A stretch of DNA of 64,000 bases from the human T2T-CHM13v2.0 reference genome, Homo sapiens. Every line of letters starts with the position of its first letter. Positions within the stretch are counted from its first letter, which is position 1. This document shows, piece by piece, positions 63,938 to 64,000 of this stretch. The notes under the pieces are model-generated. The model was not told the DNA's origin and searched no databases. It saw nothing but the letters and a program-made list of their open reading frames with translations. A program made the translations under genes and the position numbers. The stretch is taken from assembly GCF_009914755.1 (NCBI RefSeq), contig NC_060927.1, one strand, 5' to 3'.

Positions 63938-64000
63938 TGACCCTGCTCACTTTCCTACAGCATAGCCGTGGTGGGAGGTCTGGCAGAGTTTTACCAGGGC

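Overview
This is human (primate) genomic DNA from the middle of PCCB, the propionyl-CoA carboxylase beta subunit gene, on the + strand. Nine constitutive coding exons (canonical exons 4-12) have intact AG/GT boundaries and splice into one open frame from DFTVFGG to KVTVITRK. A 60-nt Alu-derived cassette exon lies upstream of exon 4. The rest is intron filled with about 55 Alus, nested L1 relics (including an ~8 kb L1PB-like element), L2/MIR relics, a Tigger3 element, an MST LTR, a U2 snRNA fragment and a 1-kb purine-pyrimidine repeat. Almost all ORFs in the supplied track are artefacts of these repeats. I see no new multi-gene system. The most notable unexplained structure is a decayed duplicate of exon 9 in intron 8: it keeps its branch point and acceptor but has gained a stop codon and AATAAA signals. 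Also notable are a 72-nt poison pseudoexon in intron 6 and a tiny poly(A)-tailed, TSD-flanked retroposed element that is not an Alu. Repeat boundaries and subfamily names are by eye and approximate.
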